A stretch of 64,000 nucleotides of DNA from Octopus sinensis (taxonomy: Eukaryota). Made by a program: the position numbers and the translations under genes. The DNA is taken from the NCBI RefSeq assembly GCF_006345805.1, contig NC_043016.1, positions 9,362,001 to 9,426,000 of the forward strand. The letters are read 5' to 3'. Below are positions 1-14,261 of this stretch, one piece after another. Each line of letters opens with the position of its first letter. The first letter of the stretch is position 1. The notes under the pieces were generated by a model. That model was not told the origin of the DNA, did not search any database, and saw only the letters and a program-made list of their open reading frames with translations.

Positions 1-624
1 TTGTATGTGTGTTTCTATGTGTGTGTGTGTGTGAATGTATGTATTTATGTACATTTGTATATAGGTATATATATGTACGATTGGATGCATATGTGTATAA
101 TATACATGTTATATATTAAATGTGTGTGGCTTAAAAAGTAATTTGTGTGTGTAAAGATACCCAATGCTTAAACTATTTTTATCAATGGCATGAAGTTTTA
201 TGCACAAGTTTAATTAGGTCTATTTTGGAATGCGTGTGTAGGTGCATGTGAATGTATGTTTGTGTGGGAGTGTCTCTGCGTCTATATGTGACATCTGGAT
301 GTTTGATAATGACTAATTAACAGATTATTTAAATTTGCATACTTTTGTTATCATAAAAATGTTTTGAAAATCTCTATTGCAATATTTTTTCTCCTACGTA
401 AGACTACATAATTGTTTGAGTAACACAATAAATTTTTCTTGTTTAATTATACATTTAGTATACTGTATTTTCCCCGTGTATAAGACATGCTCTCATGTAA
501 CACAAAGCTCTACATTTTTTTTTTTGAGGAGGTGAAATACAAATTTAACATGTTTCATCATACTCCAGACATAGGCATGGCTGTGTGGTGAGATGCATGC
601 TCTTCAGTCACACGGTTCCATGTT

Positions 625-929
625 GAAGGCGGCGAGCTAGCAGAATTGTTAGCACGCTGGGCAAAATGCTTAGCAATATTTCGTCTGCCGGTACGTTCTG
701 AGTTCAAATTCCACCGAGGTCGACTTTGCCTTTCATCCTTTCGGGGTCGATTAAATAAGTACCAGTTATGCACTGGGGTCGATGTAATCGACTTAACGGT
801 GTCTCATCCTTTTGGGGTCGATAAATAAAGTACCAGTTACACACTGAGGTTGATGTAATTGACTTAATCCGTTTGTCTGTCCTTGTTTATCCCCTCTGTG
901 TTTAGCCCCTTGTGGGTAGTAAAGAAATA
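625..929 (+). mobile_element. SINE family A (tRNA-like head GGCGGCGAGCTGGCAGAA...GTTCAAATT) nested in a family B SINE head
   Basis: 11-bp TSD ggttccatgtt at 614-624 and 930-940. Confidence 0.9.
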
Positions 930-3039
930 GGTTCCATGTTCGGTCCCACTGTGTGGCACTTTGAGTAAGTGTTTTCTACTATAGCCCCGACCGACCAAAG
1001 CTATTTGAGTGGATTTGGTAGATGGAAACCAAAAGAAGCCCATCATGTGTGTGTGTGTGTTTGTTTTATGTTTACTCTTACTCTCTTTATTTTTTTACTT
1101 GTTTCAGTCATTTGACTGTGGCCATGCTGGAGCACCGCATTTAGTCGAGCAAATCGCCCCCCAGGACTTATTCTTTGTAAGACTAGTACTTATTCTATCG
1201 GTCTTTTTGGCTGAACCGCTAAGTTACGGGGATGCAAACAGCATTGGTTGTCAAGTGATGTTGGACACACACACGCACATACAAATACACAACGGGCTTC
1301 TTTCAGTTTCCGTCTATGTACCAAGCTTTAAAAAAGTTGATTTGTTTGACTAAAACCCTTCAAGGTGGTGCTCCAGCATGGCTGCTGTCATATGACTGAA
1401 ACAAATAAAAGATAAAAGATGCTCATACACTCATTATCCCATTCATAATATAGTCACTAGAAATAGCAATTAAAACTCCTTCTAATTGCACACTGCCTTC
1501 TTAGCAAAGCGCAGGATATTTTTGGATAATGTAGTTCTGGATATCCCATTTCAAATGGGAAATATCGTTAGATTAAGGCCGGAATGTCTTTGGTCCTTGG
1601 TTTGCTGAATCACAGCTGACCTGAAGGCTAGACAGCAACATCTTCATCATCATCGTTCCCTGCCATCTTCTTTGATGCCACTCTCATCCTTCTCGTTTCC
1701 ATCAACACCAACATCATGGTTATTTAGTGTTTATTTTGAAATGCTTGCATGGATTTCAGATATGTGTGGCACCAGGCACACACACACACACACACATGGA
1801 AACTGTCATCACCAGTAACTATACACAGGTGTGATAATAATGTACAAAACTGAGAGTATGTATCTATATGTCATTTATTTATTTATATGAAGGGTTCTAG
1901 TTATAAAGTTTTGAGTCTAGATAAATATTCCATGTCCCTTTTTTTTTAAAGATGGAAGTGTTTTTTCAATCACCCTAAACCCTGAAGCAATTTTGTGTAT
2001 GTGTGAACATTGAACAGTTTTTCACATGAACAAATCTTTATCTTTGTGACTTTTTTTTTTTTCATTAGACCCCTTTCTTGTGTGGCCATGTTTTCTCACA
2101 AGTTCATGGTAATAATGATTGCACTGACCTCACCAATACTAATTAGAGAGGGACACATCCATGGTATTTATCAGGAGTTCATCACTATTAAAAAAATTTA
2201 AAATATAGTACGGTATTTTAACTCTTTAGCATTTGAACTGGTGATCATCATCATCATCATCATTTAACGTCCGCTTTCCATGCTAGCATGGGTTGGACGT
2301 ATGACTGAGGGCTGGCAAACCAGATGGCTGCACCAGGCTTCAATCTTGATCTAGTAGAGTTTCTACAGCTGGATGCCCTTCCTAATGCCAACCACTCTGA
2401 GTGTGTAGTGGGTGCCTTTACGTGCCACTGGCACAGGGGCCAGTCAGTCGGCACTGGCAATGACCTCGCTCAAATCTTTTACATATGCCACCGGTGAAGG
2501 TGCCAGTAAGGCAATGCTGGTAACGATCCCGCTCAAATGGTGTCTTTTACATGCCACCGGCACGGAGGCCAGATAGCAACTCTGGCAACGATCACGCCGC
2601 TCAGATGGTGCTCTTAATGCCCTACTAGCGCGGGGCTCGAGTGCCAGTAGTGTGACGCTGGTAACGATCACACTTGAATGGTGCCTTTTAAGTGCCACTG
2701 GCACGGAAAGGTTGAAAAATTTGATCAGATCCAGCCTGTCACACACATCCTATAATGTTATTCTAAAAATAACATTCAGATCGTCCAACTCTCAAAGCTA
2801 CAAGATAATGCAAAATTAATTATAAACGATGTGAACAAATGAGTATTACATTTGACCGAATAATCTGAATGTTAAAGGGTTTATCTGAATGCTAAAGGCC
2901 ATTTTTCTTACTAAAGTAGGGAGCACTTTTCGCTTTGCTTTGTTGCCACAACGTACTTCTCTCCATTTCCTTCTCAATCAATTTTGGTTATGTCTTTCTT
3001 CTTTTTCCTCTTTGTCTATTTTCTTCCACATTCTCTTCG

Positions 3040-3473
3040 TATTTCTTTATTGCCCACAAGGGGCTAAACATAGAGGGGACAGGCAAGGACAGACAAACGG
3101 ATTAAGTCAATTACAACGACTCCAGTGCGTAACTGGTACTTAATTTATCGACCACTGAAAGGATGAAAGGCAAAGTTAACCTCGGCGGAATTTGAACTCA
3201 GAATGTAACGGTAGACGAAATACCGCTAAACATTTCGCCTGGCGTGCTAACGTTTCTTATTTCTTTACTGCCCACAAGGGGCTAAACATAGAGGGGACAA
3301 ACAAGGACAGACAAAGGGATTAAATCAATTGCACCGACCCCTCTATGTAACTGGTACTTAATTTATCGACCCCGAAAGGATAAAAGGCAAAGTCGACCTC
3401 GGCGGAATTTGAACTCAGAATACTGCTAAGTATTTCGCCTGGCGTGCTAACGTTTCTGCCAGCTCGCTGCCTT
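3040..3473 (-). mobile_element. Two tandem SINE A copies
   Basis: Repeated reverse-complement consensus (tatttctttactgcccacaagggg...ctgccagctcgc). Confidence 0.9.
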
Positions 3474-4027
3474 TACATTCTTTTCTTCCACATTCTTTTC
3501 TATCACTCCTATTATTCTGCACATGACCCAACTGTTTCATACAATTTCCTTTCAACAGTCACCATTGATTCTTTTTAATCACACACCTTTCTCAGAATTA
3601 TCCTCTAAAGTTTCTTGACCTAATAATCTACACCAATTTTATCAATGCCATGATCATTAAAGATTCCTAACTTAGATGTAAGATCTTTATTAAGGTAACA
3701 TATGTTTTTGGCAACAAGAAAAATCAATGGTGTTTCATTCCTTTTAAGCATACAAATATGTTGTGCATGTGTTTCTGTTTAATCTTAGTGTATAAAGTTT
3801 ATACAATATACAACTAAGTTACATGCTAGGGCTGTAGTGTATACAAGTTATAACACAACGATGCCTATTGAAACGACTTGCTTTATTCATTCTTTGTAAA
3901 CTTTACAATTGTTCCTTGTGGTATTTGAGGCCAACCAAAAAGTACTGGGACTGGTGCTGTAAAAAGAAAACTACATAAATTCAACATTTAATCATCATCA
4001 TCAGCAGCATGGGTTGGACGGTTCGAC

Positions 4028-4259
4028 TGGCGGCAAGCTGGCAGAATCGTTAGCACGCCGGGTGAAATGCTTAGCGGTATTTCTTCTGGCACTAAGTTCT
4101 GAGTTCAAATTCCACCGAGGTCGACTTTGCCTTTCATCCTTTCGGGGTCGATTAAATAAGTACCAGTTACACACTGGGGTCAATACAATCGACTTAATCC
4201 GTTTGTCTGTCCTTGTTTGTCCCCTCTGTGTGTAGCCCCTTGTGGGTAGTAAAGAAATA
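4028..4259 (+). mobile_element. SINE A nested in an RTE 3' fragment
   Basis: TSD ggttcgactgg on both sides; the host fragment resumes at about 4270. Confidence 0.88.
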
Positions 4260-4458
4260 GGTTCGACTGGGGTCTGGTAAGCCATGGAGGCTGCACCAAG
4301 CTCCAGTCTGATCTGGCAGTGTTTCTACAGCTGGATGCCCTTCCTAACGCCAACCACTCCGTGAGTGTAGTGGGTGTTTTTTTACATGCCACCGGCACAG
4401 GGGCCAGAGGAGGCTGGCAAACAGCCACGATCGGTTGGTGCTTTTACGTGTCACCGGC

Positions 4459-4800
4459 TTCAAAAATAGTCACCTTCTCAAAGCCACACACTTTATCCAG
4501 AGATATTTCCATAAAATGGAAACATTCCTCGAGCTCCACTTTTTGGGGTTACTTGCAGCTGGCTCATCACATTGTCTTGGATTTCTTTGATGTCTTGAAA
4601 TCTTGTTCTGTTCAAGTAGGATTTGATTTTTGGAAAGAGGGAAAGAGGAAAAGGCAAGCTTTTGGAAAACTTTTGTTGCAGATTCTCTGCTCAGTGTTGT
4701 TTGCCATGGTCATTGATGGGTCTTCTGTGGTTTGGTGAGATAACAATGCACTACACACTTTTCTTTTAAGCATTGCTGTTAACAGAGTTGAGCAAGAATG
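4459..4800 (-). mobile_element. Mariner transposase C-terminal relic
   Basis: Minus strand reads LFPKIKSYLNRTRFQDIKEIQDNV...W..CVA..GDYF with frameshifts. Confidence 0.7.
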
Positions 4801-4864
4801 TTATAACTTAGTGTGCATCCACAATAGAGTTTAAGGTCAGTGGTCCCAATACCTTTTGATCAGA

Positions 4865-5480
4865 CTTCATATATATGTTTGTTCCTTCTCTAGCCATGCC
4901 TGGCTCATAGGGCCAGTTTCCTTGGCATATAGGTTCCCCACCTGGACGGGATGCTGATCCATCACAGGTGAGTTGCAAGATGCAGAGATAGTTGTGGCGA
5001 AAGAGTCAGCAGAAGTTCTCCATTACTTTCTGCCTGAGCCGCATGGAGCTTAGGCGTTTCGCTCATAAACACATACATCACCCAGTCTGAGATTCGAACC
5101 CGTAATCCCTCAACCGCAACTCTGCTGCTCTAACCACTAGGCCATGTGCCTCCATCTTCATATGTATATATGTTGTATATTGTTCCTTCTTGAACCATGC
5201 CTGGTTCATAGGGCCGGTTTCCTGGTTTCCTTGGCATATAGGTACCTCACCTGGACGGGACGCAGGAGGAAAGAGTGAGAGAAAGTTGTGGCGAAAGATT
5301 CAGCAGAAGTTCGCCATTACCTTCTGCTGAAGCCGCGTGGAGCTTAGGCGTTTCGCTCATAAACACACACATTGCCCGGTCTGAGATTCGAACCCGTGAT
5401 CCCTCAACCGCAAGTCCGCTGCTCTAACCACTAGGCCATGTGCCTCCACCTTCATATATATATATGTTGTATATTGCATG
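4865..5480 (-). mobile_element. Tandem pair of SINE E copies separated and flanked by the same target sequence
   Basis: cttcatat(at)n gtt occurs before, between and after the two copies. Confidence 0.85.
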
Positions 5481-5972
5481 TACAAATAGATCTACAACAG
5501 CTACTGTTAAGTTTAGATCTCCACATTGATTAATCATTGATTAGTCTTCCTTCAGTATAGTGGTTAAGCAACTACTATACTCAATAGTGTTACTAGTTGT
5601 GATATACAGGGCAAAACCAGGTGAAATTGTCAATGCAATAAAATAAGTATTCAATGCCAAAGGTAGAGCTTTAATTACTCATTTCATTATATAAGGTTTG
5701 TTGGGGCCTGTTAATACCTGAAATTTCTTGCTAGCACTGAAGGAAAATAAAAAAGAAACATTACTGCATTCATTTAGTTAAAAGCCACTGTTTGTGGTGG
5801 CCATGATGCAGCGAACTAGCAGAATCATTAGCATGTCAAAGTGCTTAGCAGCATTTCACATGTCTTTAGGTTCTAAGTTTATATAATAATAATTTGAGAG
5901 AATATTATTCCTAACTTACAGGGAAAAATTCAATTTCGAAATACTAAATCAAATTTCACAAAATATAATTGT

Positions 5973-6238
5973 CGGCTGCGGGGTCATTCCGAAAAGCTCT
6001 ACCTGCGACGATTTCATCTTAATCGAAGGAGAGGAGCTTTCTCCGTCCGGGTTGCGGATCCGTGGAACAAGCTGCCAGACGAGATGGTGAAGATGCCGAC
6101 GACCGCTTTGTTCAAAGCCTCCCTGGACCTCAAGTGGCCTGAACTCTTTACATGAACACCACCCTGTACTTAACTCCATGTCCCCCTACATGGCCTTGCT
6201 ATTTGCTTTTGAGCCAAATTAACTAACTAACTAACTAA
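5973..6238 (+). mobile_element. 3' end of a different CR1-clade LINE with a (CTAA)n tail
   Basis: RLRGHSEKLYLRRFHLNRRRGAFSVRVADPWNKLPDEMVKMPTTALFKASLD* (stop at 6155) matches the RGH...F..RV...WN.LP...FK..LD motif of CR1 ORF2 C-termini. Confidence 0.85.
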
Positions 6239-6604
6239 TATAGGCGCAGGAGCGGCTGTGTGGTAAGTAGCTTGCTTACCAACCACATGGTTCTGGGTTC
6301 AGTCCCACTGCATGGCACCTTGGGCAAGTGTCTTCTACTATAGCCTCAGGCTGACCAAAGCCTTGTGAGTGGATTTGGTAGATGGAAACTGAAAGAAGCC
6401 CGTCGTATATATGTATATATATATATATATATGTTTGTCCCCCCAACATCGCTTGACAGCCGATGTTGGTGAGTTTACGTCCCTGTAACTTAGCGGTTAC
6501 ATCCCTGTAACTTAGCCATGGTGCCCCATATATAGTGGTATTGAGTTAGATATGGCCGAAACTTATCAGTTATATATATTTATTTATTTATTTATTAAAA
6601 AAAA

Positions 6605-7010
6605 TTTTTTTTTTTACTTGTCAGTCATTTGACTGCGGCCATGCTGGAGCACCGCCCTTGGTCGAGCAAATCGATCCCGGGATTTATTCTTTGTAAGCCC
6701 AGTACTTAATCTATCGGTCTCTTTTGCCGAACCGCTAAGTGACGGGGACGTAAACACACCAGCATCGGTTGTCAAGCAATGCTAGGGGGACAAACACAGA
6801 CACACAAACACACACACACATATATATATATATACATACATACATATATACGACAGACTTCTTTCAGTTCCGTCTACCAAATCCACTCACAAGGCATTGG
6901 TCGGCCCGGTGCTATAGCAGAAGACACTTGCCCAAGATCCCACGCAGTGGGACTGAACCCGGAACTTTGTGGTTGGTAAACAAGCTACTTACCACACAGC
7001 CACTCCTGTA
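6605..7010 (-). mobile_element. SINE family B (tRNA-like head GGAGTGGCTGTGTGG...GGTTCAGTCCC, internal TA/TG microsatellite, LINE-like tail)
   Basis: Full-length reverse-complement copy, adjacent to a plus-strand partial copy at 6241-6510. Confidence 0.9.
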
Positions 7011-8056
7011 TATATATATTTGATGGGGCTTCTCTTATTTTCTGTTTACTAAACCCACTGACAAGGCTTTGGTCGTCCTAAGACTATAAAAGAAGACAGT
7101 TGCTCAGGGAATCATGTAAATGGGTAACAAACTTCTTGCCACGCCCATACTGATTCAATATCGTTCGCAAAAAAACAAAAAAAAAAAACAAAGTAAAACG
7201 AAAGGCAAGATCGATTGCTACGGGACACAAGACTACAAAGCTGTATATAGTTAGATATTTTAGCCTCTTTGCTAATGCACTCCGTATAAATAACAATTTA
7301 ATTTTAAGTAGAAAGAACAGTCAATTTATTACATCGGTCCTAGAAGGACGAAACTTTCTTTAACATAATCATCGATGAAAGTTTCTTAAACTTTTCGACA
7401 CTTTCTAAAACTGCAAAATTTCATTTTAAAAGTAAATGCATTATTTACATTGTTACGCGGAAATAGAGTTGGTGGCGGTGGTGGTGTATTGAACTGCAGT
7501 TACGCCCACACAACTTAATATGTTTTTATTTTGCTGAACGATCTCAGTAAATTACTGAGACCGTATCAAATCGCGCACTTATTAAATAAGTTTATACATC
7601 CACCATTTCTACACTCTTTCAATTTTCATAGATTTTATTTATATATTTTTTTATTTTCCCACATTCTAAACACGTCATGCTTAGACTTCTCTTTATATGA
7701 CCCAACAACTTGCATCTCCAGAATTTGTAGCGCGCGCGCGCACACACACAGACAGACAGACAGAGAACGTTTATAAGCTTCAAGCTTATAATTATTGGCA
7801 GAATCGTTAGCACGCCGGACATGATGCTGAGCTGCATTTCGTCCGTCTATATCACGTTCTGGGTTCAAATTCCGCCGAGGTTGACTTAGTCTGTCATCTT
7901 TTTTTTTTGGGGGGGGGGGGGTCAGTAAATTAAGTACCCATGAAATCGGTTAGTCCCCTCCTCACCAATTTCAGGCCTTGTGCCTCATTAGAAATTAGAA
8001 AGGGTTATTATTTACAAAATTTTCTCTCATACTGTTTCCTCATTTAACGCTGAATA

Positions 8057-8098
<42 letters not shown>

Positions 8099-9159
8099 AT
8101 ATATATATTTATGGTTCCTGTTTCAGTCCCCTACTGTACCCTCAGGCAGACCAAAGTCTTGTGAGTGGATTGGTGGACGGGAACTGAAAGAAGCCCGTTG
8201 TACATATATATACATACGTATGTACTTACGTACGTCTTGTGTCTCTGTCCTTCGCCACCACTTGACAACGCGTGTTTGTGTGTTTACGTTTCCCGTAAGC
8301 TAGCGGGTCGGCATGGGCGACCAACAAAATCCAGGCTTAAAAAAATATTAGGATTGATTCATTCGACTAAAAACTCAAGGCTGTGCTCCAGCATGGCTGC
8401 AGTCACACACACATACACGCACGTTCGCTTGTTTGTTTGTTTGTTTTTTTACCATAAAATGTTAGGCACGTTGACAAAAATTGGAAATTGGAGGTCGTTT
8501 CTTTCCACAAATTTCCATGGGGCATTTATAATGACAAATTAAAAAAAAGAAAAATTGAGTTGATTTACTCAATTTTAGTAGCAGTAAAATAAAAATTGTC
8601 CCATACACATACATAAGAGAAAGACAGATATCACATAGACAAGTTGTAGTAGTAGTAATTAAATTCCCTTAATTCATTAGAATATACCAAAAAAAGGATA
8701 CATTTTATTTCTCACCCCAATTGTAAATAATGTCCATTCTTTTATACTAATTACTGATAGCAGTTGGGTCTCTGACACTTCTATCGTCACAAGTTTTTTT
8801 TTTAATACCCTTCATCACATGTCCCAACCCCTCCGTCTCTGTCATCCCTTCCGTACCCCTCATTCATAAATTGCATAACAAAAATTCCTTCAGTTTGAGT
8901 ATCTGCTGATCTCTTTTCCAGCAACTGTGGTTGGTTCAAGGATTTTTTTTTTTTCCTACCGACTTTATTTTCTTTTTCTTTCTTTGCTGGTATTTACTTA
9001 CCCTTTTCTACTATGAGCACAAAACCTGAAATTTGTGGGGAGAGGGTTAAGGTAAGATAATTACATCAATCCAAAGTACCAACTGATATTTTACCAACCC
9101 TGAAATGAAGAAAGGCAATGTCGACCTCTGCAGAATTTGAATTCAGAACTTAGAATTCA

Positions 9160-9298
9160 GAATAATAATAATAGTAATAATAATAATGATAATGATAGTA
9201 ATAGTAATAATAATGATAATAATAATGATGATGACGATGATAATAATAATAATGATGATGGTGATAGTAGTAATAATAATAATAATAATAATAATAAT
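9160..9298. repeat. (AAT)n/(GAT)n trinucleotide repeat
   Basis: Visible directly. Confidence 0.98.
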
Positions 9299-10534
9299 CG
9301 TTTCAAATTTTGCCACAAGGACTACCATTTTTACATTGGCCCCAGTGTTTCACTGGTATTTAATTTATCGACCCTGAAAGGATGAAAGGCAAAGTCAACC
9401 TTGGCAGAATTTGAATAATAATAATAATTATTAGAATTATTCAACTCCCAAAGAATTCCTCTCAACACATGGTTATGATGCTCCCCCACTACTTCTGCTC
9501 GTGATCAGAAATGCACATATATCGTCAGCCACTAAGGGACATGCTCAACTGGTTAAGGTCAAACAACTGACAAACAAATCTGTGGTATTGAGCAGAATAT
9601 TTGCTGCCCTCCCGCCCGCTTTTTTTTTCATCAGACACCATGTTAAGGATACGTTATTCAACATATTCCCCTTTGGTATGTGTGAGATTCAAGGGAGATA
9701 TTATTCAGCTGTTATTTCTGATATGTGAAGTGATAAGCGTACAGACAAGTTTTTGTTGGCTCCATAACTCTCACCCAACCAAAAATACTGTTTTCCTTTT
9801 TTCAAATTCTTTTTTTTTTCATTTTCTTTCTTTCATTCTTTCTTTTTTTTTTTTTCTTTGTTATTGTCAATATTCAAAGTCGCCAACCGTGAAGTTGCTT
9901 TATTTATATTATTAAACTGACCTACCAGCTAAACAATTTTTTCTTTACTGAATACAATCACTGAACCCAATAGCATATCTCCACGATCGTCCCCCTCCCC
10001 CACGCACACACATACGCACAGAAACATACTCTCTCTTTCTCTCTCTCTCTCTCTCACACACACACTCACTGTTCATTTCTTTTCTTATCTACAGTTGTCA
10101 AAGTTATACTTTCTTCTTTGTTAGGCAAGCTGACTAATTATTTTTGCTGCAAACCTTGCCCCCCCCCCCATTCCGGAATCATTGGAATTTTTTTTTTCTG
10201 TTGAATGAATTACGTTGACCTCCATTTTTTTTTTTTTTTTGATGAATTACTTTGACCACCGAGTTCCCCCCACCCCCAGTGAAACTTGTGTGGGTGTGTT
10301 TCCCAAAATTTACCTTATTTTTGTTTAAGGTAATTTATATATATCCCGCCAATGACTAACTTTACAAATTGAGTAGAAACAGAAAATACTAAACGATAAC
10401 TATGATCCATCTTTTCCGTCATCTCCGATTCCTAGGAGGGTTGTAAGGGTAGGGTTCCTCCATAGGGAACTCTCAGAAGCCACCATATTTAGACTTTCTG
10501 ATTGGATTCCCAAGCATAACGTAACCGAGATTAT

Positions 10535-10842
10535 TTTTTTGTTTGTTCCTTCTCGAGCCACGCCTGGCTCATAAGGGCCGGTTTCCCAGTTTCCTTGGTG
10601 TATAGGTTCCCCACCTGGACGGGACGCCGGTCCGTCGCAGGTGAGCTGCTAGATGCAGGAGGAAAGAGTGAGAGAAAGTTGTGGCGAAAGAGTCAGCAGA
10701 AGTTTGCCATTACCTTCTGCCGGATCCACGTAGAGCTTAGGTGTTTCGCTCATAAACACACACATCGCCCGGTCTGAGATTTGAGCCCGCGATCCCTCGA
10801 CCACGAGTCCGCTGCTCTAACCACTAGGCCATGTGCCTCCAC
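10535..10842 (-). mobile_element. tRNA-headed SINE family E
   Basis: Head ggaggcacatggcctagtggttagagcagcggactc and 12-bp TSD aac(c/t)gagattat. Other copies are at 4870-5450 (tandem pair) and 63476-63660. Confidence 0.88.
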
Positions 10843-11807
10843 AACTGAGATTATGGATATTATCCTACCATCTCATTCTTTGGTCTACCCCCTGAGTCTC
10901 ATGCCAGTTAGCTCAGCATGAAAATGATCTCATTAACAAATTGGTTTGAATTTATTCTGTCCTTAACATTTAGCGGTCTGATGCTGTACATGCCTCGACC
11001 ATTCCAACCCACGAGATTGTTAACTTTATGATCCATCATATATTTTTACACTTTTGCCCACACAGACCTTCAGTGGTTAATTACCTCTGATTTTTATGGT
11101 TTCACTATGTATTTTGCGTCCTTATCACCTGTCAGTATAACCATCTTATCTTTTCAGCATTAGCAGCCATCAGCCAAGAGCTTCTAGCCTGTAATCATTT
11201 TCTCAACTCATTCTATTTCTCGAATGTTCGTATTAATCTTTGTGTTGTGATTGCTTTGTATAATGAAGCCATCTAAGCAATAAAGTGTCTTTTTTATGTC
11301 AGTTAATTCGAAATAGTTAATCTGTGATGTTTCTGAAGGAATACTAATCAGATTAGCTGTCTCACTTGAAGAAAATTGTCTCGCCACCACTATCACCAAC
11401 TATAGTAACTATGATCCAACAAGGAAGCTTCTGCATAGTCCCTGAACCTGTTAAAAGTAGCAACCAAATCCCCTTCAAATGACCAAATCGGATTTGATTG
11501 TTGGCATGGGAACACATAGTTAGGTGCAGGTATAGGTGTGTGGTAAGGAGCTTGCTTCCCAACCACATGGTTCCAGGTTCAGTTCCAGTGTGTAGCACCT
11601 TGGGCAAGTGTCTTCTATAGCTGCAGGCCAACCGAAATCTTGTGACTGGATTTGGTAGACAGAAACTGAAAGAAGCCCATCATGTGTGTGTATGTGTGTG
11701 TGTGTGTGTCTGTCTGTCCTTCCTTTACTGCTTGACAACCAATGTTGGTGTGTTTAGGGCCCTATAACTTAGTGGTTCAACAAAAGAGACTAATAGAATA
11801 AGTCCTA

Positions 11808-12039
11808 GGCGGCAAGCTGGCAGAAACATTAGCACGCCGGGCGAAATGCTTAGCAGTTTTTTGTCTGTCTTTACGTTCTGAGTTCAAATTCTGCTGAGGT
11901 CAACTTTGCCTTTCATCCTTTCAGGGTCGATAAATTAAGTACCAGTGACGCACTGGGTCGATGTAATCAACTTAATCCCCTTGTCTGACCTTGTTTGTCC
12001 CCTTCTATGTTTAGCCCCTTGTGGGCAATAAAGAAATAA
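11808..12039 (+). mobile_element. SINE A nested in a SINE B (about 11520-12160)
   Basis: Duplicated target agaataagt(c/a)ctaggc. Confidence 0.85.
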
Positions 12040-12547
12040 GAATAAGTACTAGGCTTAAGAGATAAGTCCTATGGTCGATTTGTTTGACTAAAACGCTTCA
12101 AGGTGGTGCTCCAGCATGGCTACAATCAAATGACTGAAACAAGTAAAAGAATAAAAGAATTGAACTTCAGTTGAAATTAAGTTTGGGGATGGTCAAAGCT
12201 CAAATGTCATGATCATAGTACTGTTCAATTATGGACTCTTCACATCTAAACAATTACAATTTTCTCACCTCTTATCAATTATCTAAAATACATCAAAGTT
12301 ATAACTAAAAGTCCAAACATCCAAAGCAACATGACAAATGACCATTTTGAAAGAAATATTTTTCAATTAGATACGTAACCTATCCTTTTGTTACCATAAT
12401 TTCTGTTGGAATATACTACCTTTATTTCGCTTAGTTTTGAAAATAATGAAAAAAATTTAGTAAAATATTTGTCATTATTAAACTGGTGCTTCAATCATAA
12501 ATTGGTTTCAAATTTTTGCACAAGTCCAGCAAGATTGGGAGAGCGGA

Positions 12548-13074
12548 GTAAGTCGATTACATCAACTCCACTGCTCAACTGGTACTTATTTTATCAACCC
12601 CGAAAGGATGGATAACAAAGTCGACTTCGGCGGAATTTGAACTCAGAATGTCAAGATGGAAGAAATACCTATTTCTTTACTAACCACAAGGGGCTAAACA
12701 CAGAGGAGAGAAACAAGGACAGACAAACAGATTAAGTTGATTTCATCGATCCCCAGTGCGTAACTGGTACTTATTTAATCGACCCTGAAAGGATGAAAGG
12801 CAAAGTCGACTTTGGCGGAATTTGAACTCAGAATGTAAAGATGGAAGAAATACCTATTTCTTTACTACCCACAAGGGGCTAAACACAGTGAAGACAAACA
12901 GATTAAGTTGGTTTTATCGACTCCAGTGCGTAACTGGTACTTATTTAATCGACCCTGAAAGGATGAAAGGCAAAGTTGACTTCGGCGGAATTTGAACTCA
13001 GAATGTAAAGATGGAAGAAATGCCGCTAAGCATTTTGTTTGACATGCTAACAATTCTGCCTGCTCGTTGCCTTA
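12548..13074 (-). mobile_element. Three head-to-tail SINE A units
   Basis: The junction tcagaatgtaaagatggaagaaatacc|tatttctttac recurs with a period of about 180 bp. Confidence 0.9.
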
Positions 13075-13127
13075 ATTGATAGATGCACTTCAGTCTGATT
13101 TATTTTCAAATTAGTATTTGTAAACTT

Positions 13128-13359
13128 AAGGCGGCGAGCTGGCAGAACCATTAGCATGCCGGGCGAAATGCTTAGCAGTATTTCGTCTGTTTTTACGTTC
13201 TCAGTTCAAATTCCGCTGAGGTTGACTTTGCCTTTTATCCTTTCAGGAGTCGATTAAATAAGTACCAGTTACGCACTGGGGTCGATATAATCGACATAAT
13301 CCATTTGTCTGTCCTTGTTTGTTCCCTCTGTGTTTAGCCCCTTGTGGATAGTAAAGAAA
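13128..13359 (+). mobile_element. Full-length SINE A
   Basis: 16-bp TSD tagtatttgtaaactt. Confidence 0.93.
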
Positions 13360-14261
13360 TAGTATTTGTAAACTTGGGACCTTTAACATACATTAGTACA
13401 AGCTCATAATAGATTTTACATTTACTCGGTCAATACAGTTTTAACAACTCTGATTCCTTCATTCACATTGGTTTGAAGTAATCTCATAGCTTTGGGATTT
13501 TGATGATGTGGTAGTTTGCTTTTAGATTGACATTGTGGGATAGGTGTGAGAGGCTTGATCTGGATGGTTTCAACCTAAAGCAGGTAGAATATTTGGTCCA
13601 GATATTTCTGGTTTGAATGTTAGAAAGTTAAGTCAAATGACCTAAATAGGCCAAAGCAAGATTTGAAAGTCAGCAATGATAAAAAAAATTAGATCAAATA
13701 CTGCAAAACATTCCATTTGACTCTCGTGGTTCCACTAGACTGGCATAATTGTTAGATTTTATTTACCTCTGAAGTATGTGAGGCAAAGTTGAGCACAATT
13801 ATATCCAATATTTTCAACATCAGGAATATCTTCAAAAAAGTTACATTTAATTAGAAAAGTTGTACATGTCTTCAGTGAAGAGTCAGCAACTACAGGCAAA
13901 TAGTTAACAGTTCAAACAGTAACAACTGCTGCTGCTGCTACTACTACTACTACTACTACAATGACTATTAATCTGTGTTTTGATTGGTTGGCTAGTTTGT
14001 TATTGTTGTAGTTACTGACTGACTGACTGTTTGGCAGGAAAATTTGCCAGGGCTGCCTTCTGCATGGATAATGTGTAAGTAAGCACGGGTTTTACTTAAG
14101 TAATGTAATGAAGCAAAATGGATTTTAAATCAGTTGAAATTATATCTGTAATGAGATGGGGGTTGGGGGATGGACAATGTTCATGGTAGTTCTTATCAAG
14201 AAATGCAAGGGAGAAAATTTTAAATTGATAAAAAATTAAATGAAAACGCGCAGAAGAGTGC

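Noticed and set aside
10400-10445. tatgatccatcttttc resembling YDHLF
   Set aside because: Requires a frameshift, has no start codon, and the downstream residues do not match.
14038-14080. Small AG...ATG...GTAAGT candidate exon
   Set aside because: Its phase is incompatible with the next Rab35 exon and it has no Rab similarity.
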